Origin: Chlamydiota bacterium
GTDB lineage: Bacteria > Auribacterota > Tritonobacteria > UBA1439
DNA length: 25,762 nucleotides
Assembly (NCBI GenBank): GCA_037133055.1
Contig: JBAXOY010000037.1
Coordinates: forward strand, 1 to 25,762
Direction: 5' to 3'
Shown one piece after another: positions 7,271 through 16,361 of the stretch. The notes below the pieces were generated by a model. It saw nothing but the letters and a program-made list of their open reading frames with translations, was not told the origin of the DNA and did no database searches. A program made the position numbers and the translations under genes. Position 1 is the stretch's first letter. Every line of letters begins with the position of its first letter.

Positions 7271-8515
7271 CTATTTCCCCTTATCCTTCAGCCAGATCGC
7301 CTTCCTCAATTCCACAGCCGCCTCCGCGTGCCGGTTAGTCCCGCCCTGTCGCGAGAGAGAGTCGGCGAGCAGGGTGTGCGCCTCCGGGTCGTCCGGCATG
7401 AGGCGCACCGCCTTGCGCGCCTCCAATTCGGCGGCGCGGTAGTCCCCGGCCTGGAAGAGGAGCCTTCCCAGGAGATAGCGGGCCGGCCCGTGCTCCCCGT
7501 TGCCCGCGACGAGCGCGGCGAGGATGCCCTGTGCCTGATCCTCTTTCCCTCCGCGCGCGAGGCAGTCCGCCAGGCGGTAGCGCGCCTCCGTGTTCCGGGG
7601 GCGCATCTTGATCGCGCGCCGAAGCGCCCCTTCCGCCCCCGAGAAGTCGCCCCTCCCGGTTTTGAGCGTCCCCGATTCGAGGAGGGCCTCGAAGAACGAT
7701 GGCTGGATGCCTGCGGCCCTGTCGAACGCGCTTTCCGCGAGCGTGGCGCGGTCGAGAGAAAGCCAGAGTTTGCCCTCGCGGTAGGCCGGCAAAGAAAAGC
7801 CGGTGTCGAGATTCGCCGATTCGTTGAAGAGGCGCAGGGCCGCATAGGGCTTGCCGTGCCCGCCGGCGGCGAGGCCGAGCAGGCACCGGGCGTCCGGGCT
7901 CCCGGGGTATTCCTTCGCTGCGGCGAGCAGTGCGCGCTCGGCCCCGGCCGGATTCCCCTCGCGGAGCAGTTTCAGCCCGCGCGAGAAAGAGGGGAGAAGC
8001 CCGGGCGGCATTTTCAGCGCGGGGATTCCCGAGGAGGCGGGATTGACCTTCCCCGCGGCCCATGCCGCGAGGGCCGGAAGGCATCCATCGCCCGCGACAT
8101 CTGCGCCGAACGCCTCCGGAGGGGCATCCCCGGAGGTGGCCAGGTAAAAAGTGACTGTCGAGGCGCCGCCCGCGTCTGCGGCGTTGCCCGAGCGAACGGC
8201 CCGCCCGAGGAGGCATCGGTCGGCCCCGGCCCCGGTGCGGAGGCGCGACGCCTCCTCGAAGTCGGGCATCCCTTTCGAATCGTAGAGCCTCGGAATGAGG
8301 CGCGAGGGGGGAAGGTCGGGGAGGATCGCCTGGCAGCCGGGCGTTCCGTTGAGCGTCCGCGCGATCAGGTAGGGAAGGCCGAGGGAAAGAGCGTCATCCC
8401 CTTCGCCCGCCGCGCCGCCCGCGCGAAAATCGGCGACGAGCACGGTCTCAGCCGCCGCGGCGCCGCAGGCGCACAGCGCGGCGATGCAGAGGGCGATCCG
8501 CATTATCGAAGACAT
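7271..8515 (-). CDS. Secreted tetratricopeptide-repeat protein with TolB-N/CsgG-like N-terminal domain
   Basis: Signal peptide (MRIALCIAALCACGAAAA); VLVADF...LSLGL..LI..TL pattern; about 7 TPR-like units; start at 8515 (GAGG upstream) or 8503. Confidence 0.8.
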   Translation of the reverse strand: MSSIMRIALCIAALCACGAAAAETVLVADFRAGGAAGEGDDALSLGLPYLIARTLNGTPGCQAILPDLPPSRLIPRLYDSKGMPDFEEASRLRTGAGADRCLLGRAVRSGNAADAGGASTVTFYLATSGDAPPEAFGADVAGDGCLPALAAWAAGKVNPASSGIPALKMPPGLLPSFSRGLKLLREGNPAGAERALLAAAKEYPGSPDARCLLGLAAGGHGKPYAALRLFNESANLDTGFSLPAYREGKLWLSLDRATLAESAFDRAAGIQPSFFEALLESGTLKTGRGDFSGAEGALRRAIKMRPRNTEARYRLADCLARGGKEDQAQGILAALVAGNGEHGPARYLLGRLLFQAGDYRAAELEARKAVRLMPDDPEAHTLLADSLSRQGGTNRHAEAAVELRKAIWLKDKGK

Positions 8516-8684
8516 TTTTCCTCTTGCATGGCGAAAAGCAGCCCGGAGCGGCTCCTGGAGCGCGGGCCTCCCGGCGCCCGCCTGCGCCGCGCCGGGCAGG
8601 CAATTCGCAACCACGCCCATCCGCAGCAATCGCGCCGGTCTGATGGGATCTTATCACAGGGACGAAAGATGAGACAGGGAAAGC

Positions 8685-8739
8685 GAAACAGGTTTGAAAC
8701 AGGTTTGAGGATGCAGATATCGGATAGATGTGCTATGCT
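8685..8739 (+). promoter_or_regulatory. Promoter of the lower-GC islet with a tandem 11-bp repeat
   Basis: GAAACAGGTTT x2 (8685-8706), then ATGCAG-17 nt-TATGCT with a TGn extension. Confidence 0.5.
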
Positions 8740-8762
8740 CCAATCAAATGTGCTGCCGATCG

Positions 8763-10592
8763 ATGAAATGCCTTATTTTTACCCTTCTGGCACTCAGCGT
8801 CGGCGTATCCTCCGCCATAACATGGTCGCAGGAATGCGGCAATTGTCCGGCGCAACTGAAGGAAGAATGGTCGTTTTGTCCGAAGTGCGGAAATCCCCTC
8901 AACGGTTTTCCTAAAGATGCTATCAAGCCCGGAGCGCTTCTGGTGGGGACGGAATGTCCCGCCATCAAGGTGTACAGGGAACCGCGAACATTCAAAGGGA
9001 GATTCGGGCCCCGCGCGCATCTCTCGCTGGCGCGAGGCGAGTATGAGGCAGTCCAGGTGGTGCTCTATCCCGTAAGTCGCGGCAAGGGCAATGGATCGCG
9101 GACATTCCGATGTGAGATGACGGATCTAAAAGGACCGGCGGGCGAGATAAAGAAGTCAGAAGTCGAGATTTCCCAGATCGGCTACGTGCATCCCCATCAG
9201 CTCTATTACGGACAGGATTATGCGGGAGCCCATCCCGATCCGCTCTGGCCCTCCCCGGACTACGTGCCGGGAACGGTGGTGGCCAATGAAGGGGAACTAC
9301 AGCCGCTCTGGGCAGTGCTCCACGCGCCGCCCGGAACTCCTGCCGGAGATTATGAAGGGCGGCTCCGGCTGTACGAGGGGAAACAGCGTGCCTCGGAGGT
9401 GAAGATCGGCGTACACGTATGGAATTTTACTCTGCCCGAGGAGATGCACCTCCCGGCGGTATTCGATTTCTACGACATCCGGGCGACGTATCCAAAGCGT
9501 CCAGGAGAATCGATCAGGGATTGGCGGGCGCGCCTGCAGTCCCTCGAGAAGCGCTACTATGTCGACATGCTCACACACCGAATCAGCCCCATGCGCAATC
9601 TCGGTTACCCGGGCTTTACAGGTGCGGAAGGAGGGAGGCTCACATTTGATTTCAGCGAATTCGACAAGCGATATCAGTTCTACATGGAGCAGCTTCACCA
9701 GCCGCGGTTTGCCGTTGCGCCGGAATGGCCCGACTGGGGAACCGCCAGGTTCGAGCGATGGAAACCTGAGGGCTGGATAGGCTTCAGGAGCGCCATGACG
9801 TTGAAAGGGACTTTCCGGGCGATCGGCGAACATCTTGAAAAAAAGGGATGGATTGAAAAAGCGTATGTATACAGCATCGACGAACATCCGGGGGAGTGGA
9901 CGAAGCAGATCAACGCCCTGATCCACCAGGGCCACCCGAGAATTAAAAACCTCATGACATTGATGGTGCAGGAGGGGTACAGGGATGTCGATATATGGTG
10001 CCCCCGGATGTATGAACTGACCCCCGGGAACCTCGCGCTCGGCAGGAAGTTTCAGCGCGAGGGCAAGGAATTTTGGATATACACCTCCGGGCCGTCACCG
10101 CCCTTCCCGACGCTCATGCTGGATTGGGACCTCGTCAACTGCCGCATCATTCCATGGATGTGCTGGAAGTTCGGTCTTGACGGATATCTGTACTGGTGCA
10201 TCAATTTCTGGATCAAGAACCCATGGGAGGCCACAGAGACGTTTGAAGGCCAGAACGGGGGAGGAGTCCTGTATTATCCGGGCAAGAACGGTCCGGTGGG
10301 AACCCTGCGCCTGGAGGCATTCCGCGATGGCCTTGAAGATTACGAATACCTCTGGCTGCTTCGGGAATGCGTAAAAAAACTCGAGGCGCACGCGGCTCCC
10401 CCCGACCAGGAAACGCTGGCAGCCGCGAAACACCTGATCACGGTGGATGACAGCCTGGTGAAATATTTCGATGACTTTACGAATGACGCGCATACACTGC
10501 AGGCAATGAGGGTCAGGATTGCCGAACAGATAGAGAGGTTGACGGCGATGGGGCACTCAATTGCGCGTATAAGAAACGGAGGTTCGCGATGA
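8763..10592 (+). CDS. Secreted GH123/DUF4091-like glycoside hydrolase with N-terminal zinc ribbon
   Basis: Signal peptide; CGNC...CPKCG; ARGEYEAVQV, PDPL, PAGDYEG, VWNFTLP, SIDEH (DE pair), DGYLYW, LYYPG, LRLEAFRDGLEDYEYL. Confidence 0.85.
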   Translation: MKCLIFTLLALSVGVSSAITWSQECGNCPAQLKEEWSFCPKCGNPLNGFPKDAIKPGALLVGTECPAIKVYREPRTFKGRFGPRAHLSLARGEYEAVQVVLYPVSRGKGNGSRTFRCEMTDLKGPAGEIKKSEVEISQIGYVHPHQLYYGQDYAGAHPDPLWPSPDYVPGTVVANEGELQPLWAVLHAPPGTPAGDYEGRLRLYEGKQRASEVKIGVHVWNFTLPEEMHLPAVFDFYDIRATYPKRPGESIRDWRARLQSLEKRYYVDMLTHRISPMRNLGYPGFTGAEGGRLTFDFSEFDKRYQFYMEQLHQPRFAVAPEWPDWGTARFERWKPEGWIGFRSAMTLKGTFRAIGEHLEKKGWIEKAYVYSIDEHPGEWTKQINALIHQGHPRIKNLMTLMVQEGYRDVDIWCPRMYELTPGNLALGRKFQREGKEFWIYTSGPSPPFPTLMLDWDLVNCRIIPWMCWKFGLDGYLYWCINFWIKNPWEATETFEGQNGGGVLYYPGKNGPVGTLRLEAFRDGLEDYEYLWLLRECVKKLEAHAAPPDQETLAAAKHLITVDDSLVKYFDDFTNDAHTLQAMRVRIAEQIERLTAMGHSIARIRNGGSR

Positions 10593-11365
10593 GAAGAATG
10601 ACAGGGACGGGCGTGTGGTGCGTGGTTTTGACGGCAGTGCTTATCTGCTCTGCGGCGTGGGCGGCCGTATGCCCGCGCTGCGGAACGGAAGTAAAAGACG
10701 AGTGGAAGTGCTGTCCAATGTGCGCGGCGCCTCTTGAGAAAAAGGGGATATGCCCCTCGTGCGGTAAAAAGATGGAAGAGGGCTGGAAGGCATGCCCGTA
10801 TTGCGGGCATCAGCTTGCCGCCTCCCCGGCACAAGCGCCCGGGCCAACCCCCGTCAGGGCTCCGGAAACGGCTGCAGCCTCTTCCGGCACAAAGGCACAG
10901 GAGAACGTTCCCGAGGTCTCCAAGGTGCTCTGGGACTTCGAGAATGAGCGGGATCTGAAGGGATGGAAATTCATGGACGGTTTGAATGCAACAGTCGGGC
11001 CTGATCATGCGACAAGCGGGAAAGGGGCTCTGAAAATCACATTCCCGTCAAGTACGGTAGCGCCCGCCTTTCGGAATGAAGGCGTAGCGCTTAACTTCGA
11101 CGGCTATGACTACCTGCAGGCGGATTTTTATAACCCCGAGACTCATCCGATCGACATCTGTTTTAAATTAAAAAGCTCCAATCAGGAACGGCAAACCACC
11201 CTCAATTATCATCTTCCGCCGGAGACGGCGTACACGATGAAGGTTCCATTAAAGAATATTTCCAGTCGAATCGACGTGAACGACGTGGCATATATAAATT
11301 TCTTCTGCTGGCAGCCGAGCGAGGGAGGGACATACTATTTGGACAACATACGGCTCTCCAAGTAG
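10589..11365 (+). CDS. Secreted double-zinc-ribbon protein with C-terminal CBM-like (galactose-binding fold) domain
   Basis: ATGA overlap with the upstream gene; signal peptide ending AWA; four CxxC pairs; Pro/Ala linker; LWDFE...HATSGKGALKITF...NFDGYDYL...YYLDNIRL. Confidence 0.8.
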   Translation: MRRMTGTGVWCVVLTAVLICSAAWAAVCPRCGTEVKDEWKCCPMCAAPLEKKGICPSCGKKMEEGWKACPYCGHQLAASPAQAPGPTPVRAPETAAASSGTKAQENVPEVSKVLWDFENERDLKGWKFMDGLNATVGPDHATSGKGALKITFPSSTVAPAFRNEGVALNFDGYDYLQADFYNPETHPIDICFKLKSSNQERQTTLNYHLPPETAYTMKVPLKNISSRIDVNDVAYINFFCWQPSEGGTYYLDNIRLSK

Positions 11366-11522
11366 GAGAGGGTCGGGAAAGAGGTTGTCAGGAAGCTGCC
11401 GCAAAAGTCGGCCCCGATCGGTCGATATACTCAGGAGTTAAAGTTCATGGACCGGGCGCCCTCCCGCATCCATAGCGGTAGGTGGTCCGAAGATGAGATG
11501 CTTTCGGCCGCATGCTTTTTTA

Positions 11523-11551
11523 TTGAACGACCGTCGGCCCTGAGATATCAT
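11523..11551 (+). promoter_or_regulatory. sigma70 promoter of tRNA-Gly
   Basis: TTGAAC-17 nt-TATCAT with a T-tract upstream. Confidence 0.7.
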
Positions 11552-11567
11552 CATGCGCGTGTCTCCC

Positions 11568-11641
11568 GCGGGCGTAGCTCAATGGTAGAGCCCCAGCCTT
11601 CCAAGCTGGTCATGTGGGTTCGATTCCCATCGCCCGCTCCA
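11568..11641 (+). tRNA. tRNA-Gly (anticodon TCC), CCA encoded
   Basis: Acceptor stem GCGGGCG/CGCCCGC, D-arm GCTCAATGGTAGAGC, anticodon arm CCAGC-CTTCCAA-GCTGG, T-loop GTTCGATTC, 3' TCCA. Confidence 0.97.
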
Positions 11642-11722
11642 CCGACGACGATCCTCATGCCGGAAGATCGCCGGCTCCCGGGCTGGGGAGATCCGCTCAC
11701 CCGGCAGGGGGCTGGTGCGTTC

Positions 11723-13186
11723 ATGCGTCTCGGGCTCGTCTTCAACCCGTTCTCCTACAAGCTGCACGAGGAAAACCTGAAGGTCGTGCAGCGGTTCTTC
11801 GGCCTGTTTCCCCCCCTGAGCCTCGCCTGGGTCGCGGGCATCGCGGAGAAGGCCGGCCACCAGGTCATCCTCATCGACGCCCGGACTCTCCGCCTCTCGA
11901 AAGAGGATGTCCTCGCCCGCCTGAAGGAGTTCTCCCCGGATATCCTCGGGGTCATGATGACGACCTACATGTTCAGGGAGACCCTTGACTGGATACGGTA
12001 CCTCAAGACCCGCCTGAAGGTCCCCGTGGTCGTCGGGGGGTACAACCTCCGCGTCTACCCCCGCGAGTCGGTCGCGCCCCCGGAGATCGATTTCGGCGTG
12101 GTCGAGCACGCGTACCATACGCTCCCCGCGCTTCTTTCGGAGATCGAGGGGGGGAGGCGGTTCGGGGACGTCCCCGGCCTCGTCTACAAGGAGGACGGCC
12201 GCGCCCTCGTCACCCCCCACGACCTCCCGATCGACTTCGACGCATTCCCCAATCCCGCCCGGCACCTCCTCCCCAACGACCGGTACGCCGAGTTCCCCAC
12301 CGAGCGGAGGAACTTTACCGTGATGGTGACGTCGCTCGGCTGCCCGCGCCGGTGCCTCTTCTGCGAGGCGGGGGGGACGCGCTATGCCCCTCGGCAGCCC
12401 GCGACCGTGGTGGCGGAGATGGAGGAGTGCTACGTGAAGCACGGGGTCAGGGAGATCGACATCTTCGACTACGAGTTCCCCTGCATCCGCGAGAGGACGC
12501 GCGAAATATGCCGCCGCCTCAAGGAGAAGAAGCTGGACCTCGAATGGGCCTGCCGGTCGCGCGTCGATTCGGTGGATGAGGAGCTCCTCCGGGAGATGCG
12601 GGATGCCGGGTGCCGCCGCATCTACTACGGGCTCGAATCCGGCTCGCAGGAGATCCTGGACCGGCTCAACAAGGGGATCACCCTCGCGCGGATCGAGGAT
12701 ACGGTCAGGATGACGCGCGAGCTCGGGATACGGCCGCTCGGGTTTTTCCTGATCGGGGCGCCGGGGGAGACGCGGGAGACCGTCCGGCAGACGGTCCGGT
12801 TCGCGAAGCGGCTCGACCTCGACTACGTGCAGTTCTCGAAGACCCTCGCGAAGCCGCTCACGCCGCTCTGGAAAAGGCTCGTGGAGGAGACGGGGCGCGA
12901 CTACTGGCGCGACTACGTCCTCGGCGCCGTCGAGGACAGGGCCCTGCCGCGGCCATGGACAACGCTCTCGAGCGAGGAGATCGACCGGCTCGCCCGCCGC
13001 GCGTACCTCAGCTATCACTCCCGCCCGGGTTTCCTCCTGCGCTCGACACTGAAGGTGAGATCATGGAGCGAGTTCAAGCGGAAGGCCCGGGCGCTGATCG
13101 AGATGCGGTTCAGCCAGGAGGCCGTCTCCACGCCCGACGGATCGTTCGCGGCATACGACGACGACGTGGCGGCGCTGCCCCGCTGA
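11723..13186 (+). CDS. Cobalamin-binding radical SAM protein (class B methyltransferase-like)
   Basis: FPPLSLAW B12-binding domain, VVVGG, TSLGCPRRCLFC (CxxxCxxC), YGLESGSQEILD, GFFLIGAPGET; start placed after the tRNA. Confidence 0.9.
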   Translation: MRLGLVFNPFSYKLHEENLKVVQRFFGLFPPLSLAWVAGIAEKAGHQVILIDARTLRLSKEDVLARLKEFSPDILGVMMTTYMFRETLDWIRYLKTRLKVPVVVGGYNLRVYPRESVAPPEIDFGVVEHAYHTLPALLSEIEGGRRFGDVPGLVYKEDGRALVTPHDLPIDFDAFPNPARHLLPNDRYAEFPTERRNFTVMVTSLGCPRRCLFCEAGGTRYAPRQPATVVAEMEECYVKHGVREIDIFDYEFPCIRERTREICRRLKEKKLDLEWACRSRVDSVDEELLREMRDAGCRRIYYGLESGSQEILDRLNKGITLARIEDTVRMTRELGIRPLGFFLIGAPGETRETVRQTVRFAKRLDLDYVQFSKTLAKPLTPLWKRLVEETGRDYWRDYVLGAVEDRALPRPWTTLSSEEIDRLARRAYLSYHSRPGFLLRSTLKVRSWSEFKRKARALIEMRFSQEAVSTPDGSFAAYDDDVAALPR

Positions 13187-13219
13187 TCCACGGATCAGCG
13201 TTGCGCTATCCTTTACACG

Positions 13220-15205
13220 ATGAACACCGACAGGCTGCTCAAGGCGATCTCGAAATCGGCGACGGCGCTCTTCCGGGGCAGGGACATGGGGCGCGCCTGC
13301 GCGGGGCTCCTGCGCGGTCTCGGCAAGGCCGCGGGCGTCAGCCGGGTCTATTTCTTCGAGAATCACCGCGGGCCGCGCGGCGAGATGCTGACGACGCGGC
13401 GCCACGAGTGGGTCGCGCCCGGCGTCTCTGCGCGGATCGACAAACCCGGGACGGCGAGCCTCCCCCTCCAGCGGATAGGGTACCTGCGGGACCGGATGTG
13501 CCGGGGGCCGTTCCACGGCCTCGTCCGCGCGATGCCGCCGTCGATCCGCGGGATCATGGACGCCCAGCAGATCCTCTCCCTCGCCCTCGTGCCCGTCTAT
13601 GTCGAGTCGGAGTGGCACGGGTTTCTCGGTTTCGACGATTGCGCGGAACCCAGGCTTTGGACGGAAACCGAGATCAAGACGCTCCAGATCGCGGCCGGCA
13701 TCCTCGGCGGGGCGATCGAGCGCAGGCGGAGCGAGGAGCGGCTGCGGAGCATCCTCGAGTGCGGCATCGACTCCCTCGACACGGGCATCTTCATCCTCGA
13801 CCGCAAGTTCCGGGTGGTCTGGGTGAACCGCACGATGGAGAAGTTCTTCGGTATCAGCCGCGCGCGGGTCATCGGGGGCGATCAGCGACAGTTTGTGCGC
13901 GGTCCGCTCCGCGCGCTCATCGGGGGTCACGCGGCGTTCGCGCGGCGCGTCATGGACGGGTATCGCGGCGCGGGGGGGGGGCGGCCGCTCCGGTGCGAGG
14001 TGACTGCCGCGCGGGGCAGGCCGCGCCGGGTGCTACAGTACCGATGCACCCCCATCAGTCGCGGCGCCCTCGCCGGCGGGAGGATCGAGCATTTCAAGGA
14101 TATCACCGACGTCGAGAGGGCGAACGCCGCGCTGAAGATATCCGAGGCGAAGTACCGGGACCTCGTGGAGCGGATGAACGAGGGGGTGTGTCACTCCGAC
14201 GAGCACCAGGTCATCCGGTACGCCAACCGGTGCTTTTGCAAGACCTTCGGATACCCGCAGGACGAGATCATCGGCCGTCCCGAGGAGGGTTTCCTGGACG
14301 GGGAGGGGGTGAGGGTCTACCGGCGCGAGCAGCGGCGGCGCCGGCGGGGTGAATCGACCCGCTACGAGCTGCGCGTGCGCGCGCGAAGCGGCGAGATGGT
14401 GCCGGTCCTTGTTTCCGCGGTCCCCGTCATGGACGAGGACGGCCGTTACCGGGGGTCGTACGCGGTCTTCACCGACATGAGCGAGCGGAAGAGGATCGAG
14501 GTCCTCAAGGACGGGATACTCCGCGACGCCTCCCACGAGCTCAAGGCCCCCACCGCCAAGATCAAGATGGGCCTCGATCTCGTGAAGAAGCGGCGCCCGG
14601 CCCCGCTCGACGACGACGAGCGGCTCGGCCTCGCGATGATTGAGTCCGCGGTTGCGCGCATCCAGAAAAACGTCAATTCGCTCATAGACCTCTTCGCCTT
14701 CGACTTGGGGAGCGTCACGCTCTGCCGGGAGCGCTTCGATCTCGACGCCGTCCTCGCACCCCTGGCCGACGAGTTCGCCCCCGAGGCGCGGGAGAAGGGC
14801 ATCTCCCTGGCGTTCCTCCCGTCCCCGCCGGGCCTGCGCGTCTCCGGGGACCGGGATCGCCTCAACGACCTGTTCCGGAACCTGGTGGAAAACGCGATCA
14901 AGTTTACGAGCGCGGGCGCCGTCAGGGTCTCGGCGCGACACGCGGAGGGGGAGGTCGTGGTGTCCGTCGCGGACGAGGGGAGGGGGATCGAGCCGAGCTA
15001 CCTGGAGAAGATGTTCGAGCGGCGTTTCCAGCGCTACCCGAGCGAGCCGGGGACCGGCATCGGGCTCACGCTCTGCCGGAAGATCGCGGAGTTGCACGGG
15101 GGAAGGATCTGGGCCGAGTCCGGGGGGCGCGGGAAGGGGCTGACGGTCCGCGTCGCGCTTCCCGCCCGGGGAGCGGTCAGGAACGCCGCGCCCGGAGCGC
15201 GATGA
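13220..15205 (+). CDS. Cytoplasmic GAF-PAS-PAS sensor histidine kinase
   Basis: GAF (VSRVYFFEN..GFLGFDDC...W), two PAS domains, H-box SHELKAP, N-box NLVENAIKF, DEGRGI, GTGIGL; no TM segments. Confidence 0.92.
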   Translation: MNTDRLLKAISKSATALFRGRDMGRACAGLLRGLGKAAGVSRVYFFENHRGPRGEMLTTRRHEWVAPGVSARIDKPGTASLPLQRIGYLRDRMCRGPFHGLVRAMPPSIRGIMDAQQILSLALVPVYVESEWHGFLGFDDCAEPRLWTETEIKTLQIAAGILGGAIERRRSEERLRSILECGIDSLDTGIFILDRKFRVVWVNRTMEKFFGISRARVIGGDQRQFVRGPLRALIGGHAAFARRVMDGYRGAGGGRPLRCEVTAARGRPRRVLQYRCTPISRGALAGGRIEHFKDITDVERANAALKISEAKYRDLVERMNEGVCHSDEHQVIRYANRCFCKTFGYPQDEIIGRPEEGFLDGEGVRVYRREQRRRRRGESTRYELRVRARSGEMVPVLVSAVPVMDEDGRYRGSYAVFTDMSERKRIEVLKDGILRDASHELKAPTAKIKMGLDLVKKRRPAPLDDDERLGLAMIESAVARIQKNVNSLIDLFAFDLGSVTLCRERFDLDAVLAPLADEFAPEAREKGISLAFLPSPPGLRVSGDRDRLNDLFRNLVENAIKFTSAGAVRVSARHAEGEVVVSVADEGRGIEPSYLEKMFERRFQRYPSEPGTGIGLTLCRKIAELHGGRIWAESGGRGKGLTVRVALPARGAVRNAAPGAR

Positions 15206-15296
15206 GCGCCGGGGTGCAGAGTGCGCGATGGACCGCGCATTCGCCTTTTGGCCTATCCGGGCACTGAGGGCGATGGTGTAGGCCGGGGAGAAACCG

Positions 15297-16316
15297 TCAG
15301 CGCCCGCCGCGCGGTGAGGGCGTTTTGCCGGCGGCGTGGTAGTACTGTTCGTTCCGGAACGCTCTCTTCTTCACCGCCCCTGATCTGACGAGGCCATCCA
15401 GCGGCCCGGCGATCTTTTCATTGCGGATTCCGAGCCCCGCCGCGAGGTCGCGCTCCGTGCCCGGCCTCCGCGCGAGGTAGGCGACGATCGCGTCCTCGAT
15501 CCCCCCACGCCGCGCCGCCCTGCGCGCACCCTTGAAATCGGCGATGATATCCACCGGGCTTCCGGCGAGCGCACCCGCGATGATATCTCGCGCCGTCCGC
15601 AGCTCCGCGGGGGAGAGCGGCTTCGCGTCCGCGTAGGCCGGCGGCCGCGCGGCGGTGTTGAGCTGGACGCGCTCGGGCCGTATCGTCGCGGCGAGCGCCC
15701 CGATCCTTTTCAGCTCCTCCGGCGCGTCGTTCACCCCCCTCAGCAGGACCACCTCGAGCCACACGCGCCCGCGAAACTCGCGCGCGAACCGGGTGATCCC
15801 CGCGGCCACCCGGGAAAAGCGCAGGGAGGGGTGGGGCCGGTTGATCTTCCGGAAGACCCGCGCGGAGCCGGCGTCGAGGTCGGGGAGGACCAGGTCGGCC
15901 TCGCGGAGGGCGCGGCGGACTCGTGGGTCGGCGAGGAGCGTGCCGTTGGTGATCACCGCGACCGGGATGCGGGTCATCCGTTTGACCGCCCGGATCATCT
16001 TCCCCAGGCCGGTGTGGAGCGTCGGCTCGCCGGAGCCCGAGAAGGTGATCCAGTCCATCGCCCCCCCCTTTTTCAGGGCGGCCTCAAGCTGCCGGAGGAC
16101 CTCGGCGGCGGGCGCGTAGCTTTTACGCGTGACGGTCGTGCGCGCCGTGGGCCCGAGCTGGCAGTAGAGGCAGTCGAGCGTGCAGGTCTTGAAGGGGACG
16201 AGGTCCACCCCGAGCGAGAGGCCGAGCCTGCGCGAGGGCACAGGGCCGAAGATCCTGACGCTGCGGTCCGTGCGGTTCTTTCCTCTTTGCGCCGGGGCGG
16301 AGTTCGAGGCTTTCAC
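15297..16316 (-). CDS. Radical SAM protein (COG0731/TYW1-like bacterial family)
   Basis: FGPVPSRRLGLSLGVDL, CTLDCLYC, TFSGSGEPTLH, ITNGTLL, GVND; wHTH-like C-terminus. Confidence 0.9.
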   Translation of the reverse strand: MKASNSAPAQRGKNRTDRSVRIFGPVPSRRLGLSLGVDLVPFKTCTLDCLYCQLGPTARTTVTRKSYAPAAEVLRQLEAALKKGGAMDWITFSGSGEPTLHTGLGKMIRAVKRMTRIPVAVITNGTLLADPRVRRALREADLVLPDLDAGSARVFRKINRPHPSLRFSRVAAGITRFAREFRGRVWLEVVLLRGVNDAPEELKRIGALAATIRPERVQLNTAARPPAYADAKPLSPAELRTARDIIAGALAGSPVDIIADFKGARRAARRGGIEDAIVAYLARRPGTERDLAAGLGIRNEKIAGPLDGLVRSGAVKKRAFRNEQYYHAAGKTPSPRGGR

Positions 16317-16361
16317 GCGGATAGTGTAGCACAGGACGGCCGGATGGTGCGCGCCCGGCGC

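Noticed and set aside
8639..8670. CTGATGG...CGAAA resembling a hammerhead ribozyme core
   Set aside because: The core deviates from CUGAUGA, and stems I-III cannot be formed convincingly
11568..11641. tRNA-Gly as an integration site for a prophage or ICE
   Set aside because: No integrase and no duplicated tRNA segment seen in the window
11579..15097. Overlapping ORFs 11579-13018, 12610-14352, 13061-13930 and 14033-15097
   Set aside because: Shadows of the radical SAM and kinase genes
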